Below are positions 61,169 to 64,000 of a DNA stretch of 64,000 nt, piece by piece. The position numbers were made by a program, and so were the translations under genes. Position 1 is the first letter of the stretch; the number at the start of each line of letters is the position of its first letter. Under the pieces are notes generated by a model. It ran no database searches, had not been told where the DNA came from, and saw nothing but the letters and a program-made list of their open reading frames with translations. Origin of the DNA: Squalus acanthias (lineage: Eukaryota); the NCBI GenBank assembly GCA_030390025.1, contig CM059425.1, positions 165,108,001 to 165,172,000 of the forward strand. Reading direction: 5' to 3'.

Positions 61169-61278
61169 TCTCCTGGCCCCCCTCCTCCTCCCTCTGTGCG
61201 CATCTTTTCTTCTTCTTTGCTGCCTCCGCTCCCTCTCCTGAAGATACACGAGCTCGAGGGGCATTGCAAGTAGAGCCC

Positions 61279-62539
61279 CCAGGACCACTTGGCTCCAGAC
61301 CTCATTACAGCCTTGGTCCAAGCATGGACAAAGGAGCTGAATTCCAGGGGTGAGGTGAGAGTGACTGCCCTAGACATCAAGGCAGCATTTGACTGAGTGT
61401 GGCATCAAGGAGCCCTAGTAAAACTGAAGTCAATGGGAATCGGGGAGAAAACTCTCCACTGGCTGGAATCATACCTAGCACAAAGGAAGATGGTTGTGGT
61501 GGTTGAAGGTCAATCATCACAGCCCCAGGACATCGCTGCAGGAGTTCCTCAGGGCCATGTCCTAGGCCCAACCATCTTCAGCTGCTTCCTCAATGACCTT
61601 CCCTCCAACATAAGGTCAGAAATGGGGATGTTCGCTGATGACTGCACAGTGTTCAGTGCCATTCACAACTCCTCAGATAATGAAGCAGTCCATGTCCGCA
61701 TGCAACAAGACCTGGACGACGTTCAGATTTGGGCTGATGAGTGGCAGGTAACATTCGCGCCACAGAAGTGCCAGGCAATGACTATTTCCAACAAGCGAGA
61801 GTCCAACCACCGGCCCTTGACATTCAACGGCATTACCATCGCCAAATCCCCCACCATCAACATCCTGGGGGTTACCATTGACCAGAAACTTAACTGGACC
61901 AGCCACATAAATACTGTGGCAACAAGAGCAGGTCAGAGGCTAGGTATTCTGTGGTGAGTGTCTCACCTCCTGACTCCCCAAAGCCTTTCCATCATCTACA
62001 AGGCACAAGGACGGAGTGTGATGGAATACTCTCCACTTGCCTGGATGAGTGCAGCTCCAACAACACTCAAGAAGCTCAACACCATCCAGGACAAAGCAGC
62101 CCGCTTGATTGGCACCCCATCCACCACCTTAAACATTCACTCCTTCCACCACCGGCGTACCGTGGCTGCAGTGTGTACCATCTACAAGATGCACTGCAGC
62201 AACTCACCAAGGCTTCTTCAGCAGCACCTCCCAAACCCGCGACCTCTTCCACCTAGAAGGACAAGGGCAGCAGGTGCATGGGAACACCACCACCTCCAAG
62301 TTCCCCTCCAAGTCACATACCATCCTGACTTAGAAGTATATCGCCAATCCTTCATCGTCGCTGGGTCAAAATCCTGGAACTCCCTCCATAACAGCACTGT
62401 GGGAGTACCTTCATCACACGAACTGCAGCAGTTCAAGAAGGCGGCTCACCACCACCTTCTCAAGGGCAATTAGGGATGGGCAATAAATGCTGGCCTTGCC
62501 AGTGATGCCCACATCGCATAAACAAATTTTTAAGAAAAA
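61279..62539 (+). mobile_element. LINE family 2, 5'-truncated RT and 3' end
   Basis: Highly similar to 30118-31374, including the same in-frame TGA just before VWHQG and before VSHLL. Confidence 0.95.
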
Positions 62540-62624
62540 TTTCACGACCCACTCCAAGTTATTTCAACTTTCACACCCGACCTGCCTCCAATCGCGCCCG
62601 CATGGACGCCAGAAAATTCCAACC

Positions 62625-63176
62625 AAAATATTTGTTTAAAGTCTCTGCCATTGCCTGATTCTCCATTATAATTTCTCCTGTCTCAGCCTCTAAGGGACCA
62701 ACACTTACTTTTGCTACTCTCTTCCTTTTTACATACTTGTAGAAGTTCTTACAATCTTTTTATATTTCTTGCGAGTTTACTCTCATTTTATTTTCTCCCT
62801 TTTTATCAATTTTTTGGTCATCCTTTTCTGGTTTCTAAACCGCTCCCAATCCTTAGGTTTATTACTATTCTTCACAACATTATAAGCCTCTTCTTTTAAT
62901 CTAAAACTATCCGTAACTTCTTTTTTTCACCACAGATGGATCATTTTTCCTGTGGGGTTTTTATTTCTGAATGGAATATATATTTGTTCACAATTGTGGA
63001 AGAATTCTTCAAATGTTTGCCACTGTTTATCTACCGTCATACCTTTTAATCTAATTTCCCAATCTACCTTAGCCAACTTGCCCCTCAAAGCTATGTAATT
63101 GGCTTCATTTAAGTTTAAGACTCTATTTTCGGACTTAAGTATTTGACTCTCAAAACCAATGTGATATTCTATCATC
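62625..63176 (-). mobile_element. CR1 ORF2 linker fragment
   Basis: Aligns to 25395-25945 (LNLNEANY, NKNPTGK). Confidence 0.9.
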
Positions 63177-63459
63177 GGAGTGACTGCTGCCAACGAATCA
63201 GAAGCTGCGCAGAATCATTCTGTGCATAAATGTCAGGTCCCAAATATGAAAAAGTAACGTTGACCACAACCAGCAGAGGACCTGATAGCGATAAGCACAC
63301 TCGGCGAGAGTACAATAAAACTCTCACAAGCTGACAACATCCGAATATCACCTTCAAGTCACATTTCCTCGTTAAATTGTACTGGAAGTTTTAGCAGTTC
63401 ATTCTGATGAATTAATCACACCGCTGCCACTCTCTTCTCGCGTTCCTTCTCCACCCTCC

Positions 63460-64000
63460 CATAGAATCATAGAATGGTTACAGTACAGAAGGAGGCCATT
63501 CGGCCCGTCGAGCCTGTGCCGGCTCTCTGCAAGAGCCCTTCAGCTAGTCCCACTACCACGCCCTTTCCCCGTAGCCCTGCAAAAATTTTTCCTTCAGGTA
63601 CTTATCCAACTCCCTTTTGAAAGCCACGATTGAATCTGCCTCCTCCACCCTCTCAGGCAGTGCATTCCAGGTCCTAACTACTCGCTGCGTAAAGAAGTTT
63701 TTCCTCATGTCGCCTTTGGTTCTTCTGCCAATCATCTTAAATCTGTGTCCTCTGGTTCTCGACGCTTCCGCCAATGGGAACAGTTTCTCTCTGTCTTCTC
63801 TGTCCAGACCCCTCATGATTTTGAACACCTCTATCAAATCTCCTCTCAACCTTCTCTGCTTTAAGGAGAACAACCCCAGCTTCTCCAATCTATCCACGTA
63901 ACTGAAGTCCCTCATCCCTGAAACCATTCTTGTAAATCTTTTCTGCACCCTCTCTAAGGCCTTCACATCCTTCCTAAAGTGCGATGCCTAGATTGGACAC
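63460..64000 (-). mobile_element. CR1 3' part (cut by window edge)
   Basis: KALERVQKRFTRM...WNALP; same subfamily as 6126-7085; CATAGAATCATAGAAT tail. Confidence 0.95.

Larger units (their letters stand above)
54113..62624 (-). mobile_element. Decayed Harbinger: Myb-gene C-terminus on + (54113-54676), HARBI1-like DDE transposase on - (~54905-55493, 60316-60785, 61169-61278), terminal arm 62540-62624
   Basis: IRFTKEVV...AVKFTVAPNFFASRSF...ISQFAVHRCIREV; LRAPHNNPEIFY|NRKGYDSFNVQ; YPGSSHDAFIL; YNESH.STRNIIEQTIGLLKQRFRCL; CCNLHN. Terminus GAAAATTCCAACC. Confidence 0.9.

Overview
Eukaryotic, repeat-saturated vertebrate DNA. The repeat complement (CR1 LINEs with (GATTCTAT)n or (TTCTTATG)n tails, L2 LINEs, a Deu-domain tRNA SINE, Penelope-like elements, many PIF/Harbinger derivatives) suggests a cartilaginous fish; this is inferred from repeat families, not proven. 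The window looks like the interior of one large + strand host gene I cannot name. It has 2-4 small, phase-compatible candidate exons (121-149?, 1297-1411, 41381-41503, 42436-42533) with a ~40 kb intron. Most entries in the ORF track are decayed LINE or transposon fragments or their antisense shadows. Main observations: (1) two different minimal hammerhead-ribozyme folds carried by Penelope-type insertions, one inside a young 90-bp-arm palindrome with a 13-bp TSD; (2) a Harbinger-type element whose long inverted arms each carry promoter motifs, three conserved hairpins and an inward-facing splice donor; (3) a strong AY-NNN-RT target consensus for the Harbinger/MITE insertions; (4) a four-level nested insertion that, once removed, restores a continuous Harbinger transposase frame. 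No prokaryotic features, CRISPR, rRNA or intact tRNA genes were seen.
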